A stretch of 64,000 nucleotides of DNA from Eledone cirrhosa (lineage: Eukaryota). The notes beneath the pieces are model-generated. The model ran no database searches, was not told the DNA's origin, and saw only the letters and a program-made list of their open reading frames with translations. Of the stretch, positions 14,165 through 28,002 are shown piece by piece. The stretch covers positions 2,542,001 through 2,606,000 of the forward strand of contig OZ024754.1 of NCBI GenBank assembly GCA_964016885.1. The letters are read 5' to 3'. How positions within the stretch are numbered: the stretch's first letter is position 1; the number at the start of each line of letters is the position of its first letter. A program made the translations under genes and the position numbers.

Positions 14165-14226
14165 TTTTATCTGACGAGGACGTACTGGAAAAAAAACACA
14201 GTACCTTCGAAATATATATAATAAAG
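14165..14226 (+). ncRNA. Type I hammerhead ribozyme motif within ~180-bp insert (14081-14262) between (TA)n tracts
   Basis: ttttat-CTGACGA-ggacgtactg...cagtaccttc-GAAA-tatata-TA-ataaag. Confidence 0.8.
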
Positions 14227-14259
14227 CATATATTTTGATTATGTGAATATCTTCATTTG

Positions 14260-14332
<73 letters not shown>

Positions 14333-14336
<4 letters not shown>

Positions 14337-14384
14337 GAAAAGGTTCAGGACCCCGACGACAGAGCTCAAGCCGTTTCGACGGCT
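14333..14384. mobile_element. Fragment of the 32449 family
   Basis: gaccccgacgacagagctcaagccgtttcgacggct immediately after (TA)n. Confidence 0.7.
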
Positions 14385-15482
14385 CTTGTTTTTTTTTCTA
14401 CGAACCTCTACAAATTTCATACATGATGACCCAATATATATATATATATGTTGTTGGTGGTGGGGGGTGGTTGCGAAGGTGATGTTGTTGTTGTTGGTGG
14501 TGGTGGTTGTGGTGGTGGTTTTTCCGAAGGTAGTGGTGGTGGTGGTGCTGGTGGTGGTGTTAGCGTTAATGCTGGTGGTGATGGAGGGGGTGGCGTTGGC
14601 GATGATGATGGTGCATCCAACATCATATTTGATTTAATTAGTTATAGTAACACAAACGATTATTATTGTTGTTGTTGTTGTTATTTTCATTTTTCTTCTT
14701 CTTCTTATTATTATTATTATTACAGTGGTTCGTGATTAAAGAGACACCCACTGGTAATATAGTAATATAGAGATGGTATTATTTTTCCATGTTTTTATAC
14801 AGGTGTTGTGTCAATAATAAACCCATCTTCCAATTTCCCCCATCTGTTCCTTCTTTCTCGCAAACACATTTTCTCCACGGAATCTTCCAGACCTTCAGGC
14901 AATATGAAATTCCTTAGCGAATGCTCCCAGATACGTCTTAATCTCTTTTGGATTTTCTAGTTGTTTTTCTTATTGTTGTCATTCTGTTTATTTTGTTTAT
15001 TTCTCTCGTTTTGTTGTTCTCCCCCTCTCTCTTCATTCCCGACCTTCTTTAATTATTCCATATTTTTCCTTTCTTTTTTATTTTGAATGTCTGTCATTTA
15101 AATTGAGTTTTCGGGTCGGGGTTATGTTATTCCGCCCATGACTATCTCCACTTTCTTCCTCCTTCTTACCTGCATAGATCGAAATGATTCTCTTTCTCAT
15201 TTGATTCACTTTCACCTTTGCATGACCTACCTATCAAGTCCCGCCTATTTGTAACTCCTTTTTTTTTACCATCACGCCTCCATCTCTAAAACCTGACCTA
15301 ATGCCCTCACTGTAAAATGACTAAAATTGAACTTGACCAGATACAGATAAAAAGTAAACTGGAATCATTTGGATTTGAACTTAAGATGTAAAGTGATATT
15401 ATTCTAGTCTAGAGGAATAAATCTGAAATTGTCTCCGAGAAGAATTGAACTTAGACTGCTAAGATATATAACTAGATATCGG

Positions 15483-15608
15483 TTTCTGATTTAGACACAG
15501 GGCTTACAATTTGGGTGGAGGGGAAGTCGATTAAATCGATCACAAGTATTACTGGTGCTTCATTTATCGACACCGTAAGGATGAAAGGCAAAGTTAACCT
15601 CGGCGGGT
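15483..15608 (-). mobile_element. SINE A long variant, 3' part (more degenerate fragments at 15360-15480 and 15690-15830)
   Basis: ggggaagtcgattaaatcga...ggatgaaaggcaaagttaacctcggcggg. Confidence 0.75.
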
Positions 15609-15866
15609 TATAGCCAAATATTATGAATCATTAAATAACTGGGAGGGGATAGGGAGAGTAATCACAATACTTACTCTAGATTGATTTCTAATTTAAGGGA
15701 AGGGCAATTTTGAATAAATCAATCCCAGTACATGGCTGAAATGTAAAGTTGACCGTAGTGGGATTTGAACTCATAATATAAAGAACCAGAAGAAATGCCA
15801 CAATGGTATTTAATCCGAATATTTGATTGAACACTGCTTAAGACAGCCAAGGACCTGGTGGTGGTG

Positions 15867-15931
15867 CTACACTTCTGCCAATATATTCTCTCCACGCCCT
15901 TTCTTCTGGTTATAATACATTAATATATTAA
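15867..15931 (-). CDS. Candidate terminal exon (VNILMYYNQKKGRGENILAEV*), unidentified
   Basis: Acceptor gtttctgttttcag and in phase with 18322-18410. Confidence 0.15.
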
Positions 15932-17277
15932 CTGAAAACAGAAACACCAACAGGAAGATAGTCTTGTAAGATAAAACAGAAAAAAGTTGATGTGCTGTTA
16001 TAAGAAGTATTATGAGAGAGAGAGAGAGAGAGAGGGGGGGATACGAGAGGAGCAGCATGAGAGAAAGGGGAACGTGATATGAGACCTGGAGAATAATTAT
16101 GGACAAACCACTGAGTGTCATATACATAACAGCTTCCTTATTATCACCGCCCACCGCAACCCACCACCACCATCATCAATATCACCCGCCACCACCACTA
16201 CCACCACCACCACCACCACAATCAATATCACCACCTACCACCATCACCACCACCACCACCACCATCAGTATTACCACCCACCACAAAAACCAACATCATC
16301 ATCATCACCACTATTATTATAACCGCTAAAAACAACGACGACAACAACAACACCACCAACACCAACACCAACACCAACAACACCACCAACAACAACAACA
16401 CCACCACCAACACCACCACCACCAACAACAACAACAACACCACCACCAACACCACCACCAACAACAACACCACCACCAACACCACCACCAACAACAACAC
16501 CACCAACAACACCAACAACAACAACAGTGATAAGAAAAGGCAGAGATATACATTTATGAAATATTTCTCTATGCCACGACTTCTAGAACGGAAATAGTAA
16601 CTCTGGAGGTTGGGATAATTGAATAGAAAATATATATTACCGTGACGTTGTTGATGATGATGATGATGATGATGGTGGTAATGGTGGTGATGTTAGTGGT
16701 GGTGGTGCTGTTGATGTTAGTGGTGCTGATGGTGCTGGTGGTAATGCTGATGTTAGTGGTGGTGCTAGTGATGTTTGTGGTGGTGGTGGTGATGTTAGTG
16801 GTGGTGATGTTAGTGGTGGTGGTGTTGGTTTTGGCGGTGCTGGTGATGTTTGTGGTGATGGTGGTGCTGGTGATATTTGTGGTGGTGCTGGTGATGGTGA
16901 TGTCAGTGGAGGCAAGAAGGGAGAGGAATGAGGAGAAGGTGGTGGAAGGTGAAGAATAATTTTGATGATGTTGAAGCCAATGTGAACTTTAAATAAAACC
17001 CATATGGCAGACTGAAAATTAAAAAAAAATGTTATAGTCTTCACATTATAACTCTAGTTAATGAGTGAAATATAAATATGCATTATAGTTTATCGAAAAA
17101 CTTCGTTCAGCTAAGATTATCCCTTTAGACGTGTTTAAAATCTAAATACATAATCATGGGAGATAACTCTAATAATATCAACTAACAGAAATCTTTGTCA
17201 ACTCTTGGGGATAAAGATGAGAGTTGATAGTAAACTGGAATGTGGAAATATTATCACAAATATCAGACACCAATATG

Positions 17278-17845
17278 ACTAGAAAACTAACCTACACCAC
17301 CACTACATAGTGTTACTATCACTGTATCACCAACAAACACACTGATACGACTGGCAAACCTACCTACACCACCACTACACAACCTTACTATCACTGTACT
17401 ATCAACAAACGTACCAATATGACTAGAAAACATACCTACACCACCACTACACAACCTTACCATCACTGTACCTACAACAAACGCACTAATACGACTAGAA
17501 AACGTACCTACACCACCACTACACAACCTTACCATCACTGTACCTACAACAAACGCACTAATACGACTAGAAAACGTACCTACACCACCACTACACAACC
17601 TTACCATCACTGTACCTACAACAAACGCACTAATACGACTAGAAAACATACCTACACCACCACTACACAACCTTACCATCACTGTACCTACAACAAACGC
17701 ACGAATACAACTAGAAAACGTACCTACACCACCACTACACAACCTTACCATCACTGTACCTACAACAAACGCACTAATACAACTAGAAAACGTACCTACA
17801 CCACCACTACACCACCTTACCATCACTGTATCACCAACAACGCTA
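17278..17845. repeat. 72-bp minisatellite, ~8 copies
   Basis: Unit actagaaaacgtacctacaccaccactacacaaccttaccatcactgtacctacaacaaacgcactaatacg. Inner copies are nearly identical and outer copies diverged. Confidence 0.95.
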
Positions 17846-18321
17846 ACATCTATCAATGTAACCAGCCATCAGTTCTACCAACCACCACCTCTGCCAAATA
17901 TTAGTAATACTAGTGCCTCCACAAACACAACTACATCCCATATACCACTAACACCATCACTGTTATCACCTTCATCACCACAACTGTCCGTTATTACAAT
18001 TTTATGAAACACATCAACACCTCCAACATCTCCAACATCATCACAACCGATAGCACCACAACAACACCACCTCAACACCACACCACAAGACACCACCACA
18101 ACACCACAACACCACAAGACACCACCACAACACCACAACACAACACCATCACCACCACACCACAACACACCACCACAACACCATCACCACCACCACAACA
18201 CCACACCATCACCACCACCACAACACCACACCATCACCACCACCACAACATCACACCACCATCACCAACAACAATAACACAAACTTCTCGCCAGATTCAG
18301 TTCCAGTGAAGAAGGGGTTAC

Positions 18322-18410
18322 CGATGATAACGTATGTTTCGGTGTGATGTGTTTTATAATCAAAATATCGAAATAATCGGGGGAGTATGGAATGTGGTTT
18401 ATCTGGAACT
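18322..18410 (-). CDS. Candidate small coding exon (VPDKPHSILPRLFRYFDYKTHHTETYVII), unidentified
   Basis: Pyrimidine tract plus cag acceptor, G|gtaacc donor and an open frame. It is phase-compatible with 15867-15931, but I recognise no homology. Confidence 0.2.
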
Positions 18411-18528
18411 CTGGGAGGAGGGATAGAGACAAAGGGACAAAGAGAGATAGAGAAGAGGGTGTCAGGAAAGAGAGGGTGAGGTGGGGGAGACAAAGAGATG
18501 CTGGGAGACAGAGAAAGGGAGAATGAAG

Positions 18529-18566
<38 letters not shown>

Positions 18567-18631
18567 GAGAGTAGAGAAGAGAGAGAGAGTGTGGTGTCTG
18601 GGGAGTCAGGAAGATGCTGGGAGAATGAAGC

Positions 18632-18683
<52 letters not shown>

Positions 18684-19710
18684 ATGGTGAAGCCAGACAT
18701 TAGTGAGACAAAGACAGATAGTGTGTGGTGGAAGTACAGGGAGGGGAGAGATGATCGGTTCAGGGAGATAGAGAGAGAAAGACAAGGAGAGAGAGACAAA
18801 GAGATAGCAAGCGCGGGGGAGTAAGTGAAAGAGAGAGAGAGAGAGAGTGAGGGAGAGATGAGTTGGCCAGAAGGATTGTGAGAGACAATGAGAGAGAGAG
18901 AGAAAGAGAGACGGAGAGAGAGAGAGAGAGAGAGAGAGGGGGAGAGAGAGAGATAGCAATGGCGGAGGAGTAAGAGATGGAGAGATGGGATAAACATGTC
19001 AGAGAGATTGTCATAGACAGAGAACGAAACAAAGAGACAGCAAAAGCGAGAGAGAGAGAAAAACAGAGAGAGACAGAGAGAGATAGCAAGAGAGATAGCA
19101 AGAGAGAGAGAGAGAGGTGATTGGGTGAGAGAGAGAGATTGTGAGTGATATGGCCATAAAATATACATCAGTCCATCTCGCCGATGAAAACATCCATAAC
19201 TCACTTTTCTTCACCTCATCTCAATTTTTAATTTTACTTCATTAATTCAGACACGCACTGACTCTCTCTCTCTCTCTCTCTCTCTCTATCCCCCCCCCCT
19301 CGTTCTCTCCCTCCCCCATCTTTCTTTCACTCTTTCTCTCATTGCCTCTCTCTCTCTCACGCACACAGACACACACACAAACACATACATGCTCTCACAC
19401 ACACAGCCTCTCTATATATTTGTTTATTTATCAAGTTTTTGTTAGGCTTTTTGAATTGTTTTATAGATTTATTTGTATGTAGATTTTGTATTGTTTTTGC
19501 AAATTTTTTGAGTCGATAAAATAAAGTACCAGTAATGTACTGGAACAATTACTATCCACTGCACTGAGAATGGGGAGAAAATTTCAATACTGTATTAAAT
19601 AGAAAACGAAAGAAAATATTTTAAATATCCTAAGTAGAAAATCTCAACATGTGTAATGAAACCACACAACAAATATACAACTACTGAAATATGTATTAAT
19701 TATTATTTGC

Positions 19711-19893
19711 ATTGGCAGTATCGGTAGAGGGTCGGACGCCATGCTTTCCAGCATAGTTACGTCCCTTTACGATCTGAGTTCAAATCCCGCCGAGGTTGAC
19801 TTTGCCTTTCATCCTTACGGGGTCGATAAAATAAAGTACCAGTAATGCACTGGGGTAATAACTTGCCTTGTGCCAAAAGTAGAAACAATTATT
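19711..19893 (+). mobile_element. SINE A, near full length
   Basis: A and B boxes, central domain and tail all present. Confidence 0.9.
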
Positions 19894-20174
19894 GTTATTT
19901 ATGTTATAATTGTTGTTGATGTTGATATTATTATTCATAACACGTTCTCTAATATTTCTGTGTTTGCAATGTTGTAGATTTTGTTATTGTTGTTGTTGTA
20001 TTATTGTTTTTGTTTTTTTTTTTTGGGGGGGGGGCATAAAATTACGTGATTGCGGTAAAGACAAAGGTTAAAAGTAAAAGAAGTTGGTTTGGGTAGTGGT
20101 GTAGTTTGGGTGGGTCCTCAAATAACAGACCTTGATGTGGGGGGACACTATAGATCCTACAACCGTAGAATAAT

Positions 20175-20211
<37 letters not shown>

Positions 20212-20214
<3 letters not shown>

Positions 20215-20291
20215 AAAATGTTTAACCCCGACGGCAGAGCTCAAGCCGTTTCGACGGCTATTGCTGGTTCCTTACCACACCTCCTTCGATA
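20212..20291. mobile_element. Compact copy of the 32449 family (inverted segment fused to the 3' tail)
   Basis: accccgacggcagagctcaagccgtttcgacggct joined to ctggttccttaccacacctccttcg, flanked by (TA)n. Confidence 0.7.
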
Positions 20292-20537
20292 TATATATAT
20301 ATATGTGTATATTATTTATATAAATGTTCTTGTAAATGGTGATTAAATGTTGTTGGTGTTGTAATTGGTGTTGTTGTCAAGCCTCAAGGAATCATTATTA
20401 ATATAGACTAATATTAATAATACACAACACATTTTTTTATATGTGTAAGATTACACTGGAGTGAGTCTGAGTATATGTATTTATGCATATGGCTTGTGAA
20501 CATGGGTAATACATTATATATATATATATATGTACAC

Positions 20538-20585
<48 letters not shown>

Positions 20586-20782
20586 TTGTATATGCATAAA
20601 ACCACGCAATATCACCTACACATGCACACACCTATGTATATAGGAACGTATTTACATACGAAATTATACATACTTAAGTTTGTATAATTTCCTATGTAAT
20701 TTTGCTGGCATATTAATATTTCTATATTAATAATTCCTTACATTTGAAATATGATAAATGTGTTCACACACATACACACAAT

Positions 20783-20860
<78 letters not shown>

Positions 20861-20959
20861 TATGTGTGTGTGTGTGTCCTCCAAGCGTGAATCTAATATA
20901 ACTGCGTAATTTTGCCTCCTGTGTTTTGTTTTGTTTCTTATATATATATATATGTGTAA

Positions 20960-21003
<44 letters not shown>

Positions 21004-21080
21004 AGTATGTATAAATATTGATATATAAATATGTATATATATATATATGTTTATAATGTATATATACATACATATGTATG

Positions 21081-21152
<72 letters not shown>

Positions 21153-21549
21153 GAGAGCGAGAGAGAGAGAGAGAGTGGCAGGGAGAGATGGAGGGAGAGA
21201 GGGGGAGGTAATGAGAGGATGTGGGTGGGTGCTGCAGTGTTTATGAATTTTCTTCGATTCTCAGTCAAAAGAATTGACCTATTCCAGTCAACCATAATTC
21301 TGTTAGTGGAGAATATGACGAATATTGGAATGATTAAACAACAACAACTACAACAACAACTACAACAGCAACAAACCTTCATCATCATCATCATCATAAT
21401 TATCACCGTCACTTTTCTCTTCTTCGTCTCCACCATCAACATTACCACCATCACCATCATCGTCCTTAGCGTCGCCCCGTCAAAATGAACAGCATCGCCG
21501 TCCTCATGATCAACGCCACCACCATCATCATCATAATAATAATAATCGC

Positions 21550-21889
21550 CATTGTCATCATTATCGTCATCATCGGCACCACCACCATCATCGGCACCGC
21601 CATCATCGTTATCGTCATCATCGGCACCACCATCATCGTTATCGTCATCGTCGGCACCACCATCATCGGCACCACCATCATCGGCACCACCATCATCGTT
21701 ATCGTCATCATCGGCACCACCATCATCGTCATCATCATCGGCACCGCCATCATCGTTATCATCATCATCGGCACCACCATCATCGTCATCAACATCACCA
21801 CCATCATAATAATCACCATCAACGTCATCAACGTCACCACCATCATAATAATCGCCATTACCACCATCATAATTATCATCATCATCGCC

Positions 21890-21890
<1 letters not shown>
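21550..21890. repeat. 15/30-bp minisatellite derived from (ATC)n
   Basis: Repeats of catcggcaccaccatcatcgttatcgtcat. Confidence 0.9.
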
Positions 21891-21923
<33 letters not shown>

Positions 21924-22039
21924 TTTACGACGTCAAGCCCAGGACAGAAAAAAAAATGACAGCAATAACAATAAGAACAACAATAATAGGAATTACAATA
22001 ACATCAGTTAACCAGATATTGTAGGAGTAAAAAGTTAGC

Positions 22040-22086
<47 letters not shown>

Positions 22087-22504
22087 ACGATAACAATAAT
22101 AACGATAATATAATAAAAAATATAAAATACAAAAATACGCCATTAACAGATGTGGTGTGCAACAAAAATGAAAATGCGACGAGTGACATGAACGAGTATA
22201 AAAAGACGGACGACGACAACAACAACAACAATAGCAACGACAACAGCAGCAGCAACAACAACAACAATAACAAGCAGAATACATATCAACAACAATAACA
22301 AGCAGAATACATATTAACTGTAATAACTATGTAAAAGTTGCCAACAACAGAAATTAGGGAAGAGAAAAAAAAAGGAAAAATTGTTAATAATTGGTGAAAA
22401 AAAAATATCTGAAAGTATTTGCGATATTTTTAATTTAAAGTTACGATGAAAAATTATCTGTCGACACAACAGACCAGATATTTTCCCTCCTCGCATCTCA
22501 CACA

Positions 22505-22541
<37 letters not shown>

Positions 22542-23159
22542 TCTCCCTCTCACCACACACACACACGTACACGCATGCATATATACATATGTACGTATAT
22601 ATTGTACATGTATATATATATATATGTATATATATTTATATATATATACACACGTATATGTATATATACTTATAGATACTTTTATATGTTGTATATATAT
22701 ATATATATACATACGTGAAACTACTATGAAATCCCACAATGAATTCTATACTTGAATTTTCAAATCTGAAATTTTAACTCTTCTTATTATTAATTTTTCT
22801 TAATATTAATCAACATTTGAAAAGATGGCTTTTGCAGACCCATCGAAACCGGTCCTTTTTTATACACTTTATTATTTCCTTACCTTATAAAATTATATGT
22901 TTTTTCACAAAAAAGTATTCTGTCTCTTATATATTCCGTGTGCCATTACCAACCTCAATTTTCTCTATAACCTTCGTTTTGTGTAGTAAATTACACTTTT
23001 CATATATACATACGTATATATACTTATATATATGGTTTTATATGTTGTATATATATATATATATTCATATGTATGTATATATATTGTATATATATACACA
23101 CATATATATGTATTATATATGTGTGTGTGTATGTGCAGGACACACACACACACACACAT

Positions 23160-23194
<35 letters not shown>

Positions 23195-23513
23195 CGTATG
23201 ATTATCTGTTTGTCTACGAGGTTAAGAACTCCTAGCTAGCCTTGTCTCTGGGTTCAGATTTCGACCTCCCAATTGTCTTTACAACAGAGTTACTGCCCCT
23301 GGCATAAGTCTAGGAAAGTGACGGCCGTCTGGACGCCATCTTTATCATTTGGTTCATGTCAAATAACCATGTTTCCCTACTAATTCATTGTTCTGTTTAA
23401 TAATATATTAAATAACCGCTACTGATTATCACGCCTATCTCTAGGGTAATATAATATTGATGTGTATAAATATATATATGTAGACATATGTGTGTTTATG
23501 TATATATATATGT

Positions 23514-23547
<34 letters not shown>

Positions 23548-23579
23548 AGAGAGAGAGAGAGAGAAAGAAGCTATAGATA

Positions 23580-23622
<43 letters not shown>

Positions 23623-24066
23623 GTAGCATAGGAAGAATTACATCTTTATACAATTATGTTTATATACATGTGATCTTATGCTTTCTAAATCTCATATATA
23701 TATATATATATGTATGTATGTATGTGTGTGTGTGTGTGCGTGTGCGTGTGTGTGCGTGTGTGCAATCTTCCAGCGTGGTTCTTCTGGACATGTGAGACGA
23801 TATTTTACCAGATTGTCACAAAGATCCGTCCGGGGATGTTATGATAAATTAGTCGCATACATTTTTCTATAGAACAGTAAAAATAGTAAGTGAACGAGGA
23901 TTGTCTTATTAATTAAGATAACACCAATGTCTCATCTAAGACTGAATTCCTCCGAAGAATAAATGAAATATGATAGATGAGGTCAAATATTTTCCCTGCT
24001 CCTTTCAATGTTTAGCACTATTATAGTTCTAGTCCAGCTGTGGTACAGCTAAACCTAATAATTAAG

Positions 24067-24097
<31 letters not shown>

Positions 24098-24102
24098 AGA
24101 AC

Positions 24103-24578
24103 AAGGGTGGTGGACTGGTAGAGCGTCGGACACTATGCTTTGTAGCATGGAGTTATTGCCTTTTACGTTCTGAGTTCAAATCCCGCCGAGGTTAATTTTG
24201 TCTTGCATATGGGGTCGATAAAATAAAATACCAGTAATGCACTGAGATCGATTTAATCGACTTTCGCCTCCCCAGAAATTGTTGGCTTTGTTCCCAAATC
24301 AGAAACCATTATTATTATTATTATTATTATTATTCTAGCGCGGATAAGGGCGGTGGATTGGCAGTGTCGGTAGAGGGGCGGACGCCATGCTTTGCAGCAT
24401 AGAGTTACGGTCCTTTATGATCTGAGTTCAAATCCCACCGAGGTTAACTTTGGCTTTCATCCTTACGGGGTCGATAAAATAAAGTACCAGTCACGCACTG
24501 GGGGGGGGGGGGGCGATTTAATCGACTTTCCCCTCCGCCAAAATTGTTGGCCTTGTGCCTATATAAGAAACCATTATT
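24103..24578 (+). mobile_element. Two tandem SINE A long-variant copies (24103-24310, 24347-24578)
   Basis: Both carry the extra cgatttaatcgactttc segment and are separated by an (ATT)n tail. The sequence attattctagcg recurs on both sides of the second copy and is a likely TSD. Confidence 0.88.
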
Positions 24579-24939
24579 CTAGCGTGGATGCAGGTGTGGC
24601 GGGCTGTATATATTCTAGCTATTAGAAAAAGTAAAATAAGTGCTTCACCTTCGAAATAGGGATGACTAATGAAGAAGAGAAGACAGAGACGATGATACAC
24701 GCAAACCATATTAACAATGTTAAATGTTACCCTTCTAATCAGGTTCTGGAGTTCAATATAATCGGCTGCTTCTTTACATAGATCTAGAAGAGGGTGACGG
24801 CTTCTCTATAGACACGAGGTTCTTTCTATGTAAATATCTCTCGTATGGCGCACCCCTCTCTATATTTAGATGAAGGAAACGTCATAACTTTCTCTCTGTC
24901 TACCCTTTTCAGTCACCTCAAAAACACACAGCGTTACCT

Positions 24940-24996
<57 letters not shown>

Positions 24997-25003
24997 ATAT
25001 CTT

Positions 25004-25115
25004 TGAAAGGCAAAGTTAACCTCGGCGGGATTTGAACTCAGAATGGCAAGGGCCGTAACTCTATACATCAGAGCATGGCGTCCGACCCTCTACCGACACT
25101 GCCAATCCACCGGCC

Positions 25116-25116
<1 letters not shown>
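25004..25116 (-). mobile_element. SINE A, 5' half
   Basis: gaaaggcaaagttaacctcggcgggatttgaactcag...ctgccaatccacc. Confidence 0.85.
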
Positions 25117-25159
<43 letters not shown>

Positions 25160-25568
25160 TAATAATAATAATAGAAAATAAAGAAATATATCTATATACA
25201 TATCTCTCGTTTGTCGCTCCTCCTCGCTATATAAATTGGGCGCGAGAGACGGACGGACGGACGGACAGCGCTGTTATTATATACAACATAGATTCCAGAC
25301 CTTGTGCCTATGCAAAAATATATTTTAATTACCTATACACATGTATACATATTTCTGTCCTTCCCCAATATCGAAATTGATATCGTTCTCACCAATAGAG
25401 ATATGTTAATATTAGATATGTTAATATCTAATAGAGATATGTTAATATTTTACTAACATTACCTTATAGATATTTCAATCAGATTTCAACATTTATATTT
25501 TATGTTGATAAATCAATCTGTTTCTAGGTATATATCTATATATCTATGCATGAATATTTACGTGAGGT

Positions 25569-25599
<31 letters not shown>

Positions 25600-25615
25600 A
25601 TATGTATATATATTT

Positions 25616-25664
<49 letters not shown>

Positions 25665-25735
25665 TAAACATATATATATTATATATATCTAATATATATA
25701 TAATATATATATACATAAGTATATACATATATCTG

Positions 25736-25796
<61 letters not shown>

Positions 25797-26169
25797 AGTA
25801 TATATATATATATGTATATTATATATATATAAACATATATATATTATATATATGTAATATATATATAATATATATATATACATAAGTATATACATATATA
25901 TGTATATATATATATATATGATAAACATATATATATTATATATAAGTATATACATATATATGTATATTATATATATAAATATATATATATATATATAAAC
26001 ATATATATATAATATATATATATACATAAGTATATAATATATATGTATAATATATATATATATAAACATATACATAAGTATATACATATATGTGTATAAT
26101 ATATATATACATAAGTATATATTAGATATAAAGATATATATATATATATATTAGATATAAAGATATGTA

Positions 26170-26200
<31 letters not shown>

Positions 26201-26420
26201 AGATATGAGGATATGTATATATATATATTAGATATAAAGATATGTATATATATTATATATATATATATATATATTAATTCTGTTATTAATTCTGGCAATA
26301 TTACACAAATATGACCCTCCCCAAGTATAACAATATATATATGATATTAGATATTAAGATCTATATATATATATATATATAATATTAGGTATAAAGATAT
26401 ATATATATATATATGATATT
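25600..26420. repeat. Degenerate (TA)n satellite with acataagtat / agatataaagat subunits
   Basis: Direct reading of the sequence. Confidence 0.85.
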
Positions 26421-26423
26421 TTA

Positions 26424-26641
26424 TGAAGCCGTGTGGCTGAGTGGTTAGAGAATTGGATACGCAATCGTGAGTTTGTGAGTTCGATTCCTGGACCAGGCGA
26501 TGCGTTATGTCCTTGAGCAAGACACTTTATTTCACGTTGCTCCTTCTACCTGGGGTTGCGACCGATAGATAGTACTAGCAACTGAAAGACCAACGGAAAC
26601 ATTGTTTCCTCGGTCCGATTTGACGAAAGTCGATCGATCCT
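26424..26641 (+). mobile_element. tRNA-derived CORE-type SINE, family B
   Basis: A box TGGCTGAGTGG, B box GAGTTCGATTCC, CORE-like tgtccttgagcaagacactt. Confidence 0.88.
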
Positions 26642-26671
26642 TTTATATATGATATATATATATATATATAT

Positions 26672-26890
26672 AGGAACGATCGACTTTCGTCAAATCGGAC
26701 CGAGGGAACAATGTTTCCGTCGGTCTTTCCAGTTGCTAATACTATCTATCGGTCGCAACTCCAGGTAGAAGGAGCAACGTGAAATAAAGTGTCTTGCTCA
26801 AGGACATAACGCATCGCCTGGTTCAAGAATCGAACTCACAACTTCACGATTGCGAATCCAATTCTCTAACCACTCAGCCACACGCCTTCA
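26672..26890 (-). mobile_element. SINE B, inverted partner of 26424-26641
   Basis: Reverse complement with scattered substitutions. Confidence 0.88.
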
Positions 26891-26987
26891 CTTTGTATAT
26901 ATATGATATATATATATATATGATATATATATGATATATATATATATGATATATATATATCTATCATTATATCTATAGATATAATAT

Positions 26988-27026
<39 letters not shown>

Positions 27027-27057
27027 TATATATATATATATATATATGATATATATA

Positions 27058-27131
<74 letters not shown>

Positions 27132-27597
27132 ATATATATGATATATATATATGATATATATATATATATATATATATCATTATATCTATAGATATAATGA
27201 TAGATATATAGATACAGAATATAGAGAAATAGATTACATATGTATGTACGTGTGTATATTCATATGATTTGTCATTTATCTGTGATAAGACAATAGTTTC
27301 GCGCCTTCTTGGCACCAATCTCTGTATAATACATCTGCAGAGATACACCATGTATACACACACACTAGAACATATACAGATACGTACAAACTCACACACT
27401 CTGCCGCACACACAGGTACATACACATATATATATATACATACATACATGCATATATAAATATATGTGTGTATGTGTGTGTATGTGTGTGTATGTGTGTG
27501 CCTATTGCACATAATTACTTGAAGCACTGCAGATAAATATATTCATGAGTATACTCATACATATTTACTTAACTTTATGCACATACTATATACACAA

Positions 27598-27619
<22 letters not shown>

Positions 27620-27640
<21 letters not shown>

Positions 27641-27965
27641 ACTATATATATATATATAATTATTTATATATATATATATATATATAATTATTTATATATA
27701 TATATATATATAATTATTTATATATATATATATATAATTATTTATATTTATATATATAATTATTTATATATATATATATATATATAATTATTTATATATA
27801 TATATATAATTATTTATATATATATATATATAATTCTTTATATATATATATGTATATAATTACTTATATATATATTTATATATATAATTATTTATATATA
27901 TATATATAATTATTTATATGTATATATATATATATATAATTATTTATATATATATATATATATAA

Positions 27966-28002
<37 letters not shown>

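Noticed and set aside
14790-14960. Open minus frame RRIWEHSLRN... as a GIY-YIG fragment or exon
   Set aside because: The resemblance is too short and has no supporting motifs.
17287-17904. Mucin-like or repeat-protein ORFs on both strands
   Set aside because: The 72-bp minisatellite explains them. The third plus frame has stops in the outer units and there is no splice or start context.
18370-18400. HIPYSPD resembling the mariner HPPYSPDL motif
   Set aside because: The flanking residues do not fit the transposase consensus and there are no TIRs.
26424-26500. tRNA gene
   Set aside because: The A and B boxes run into a SINE body that is repeated elsewhere, and no complete cloverleaf is evident.
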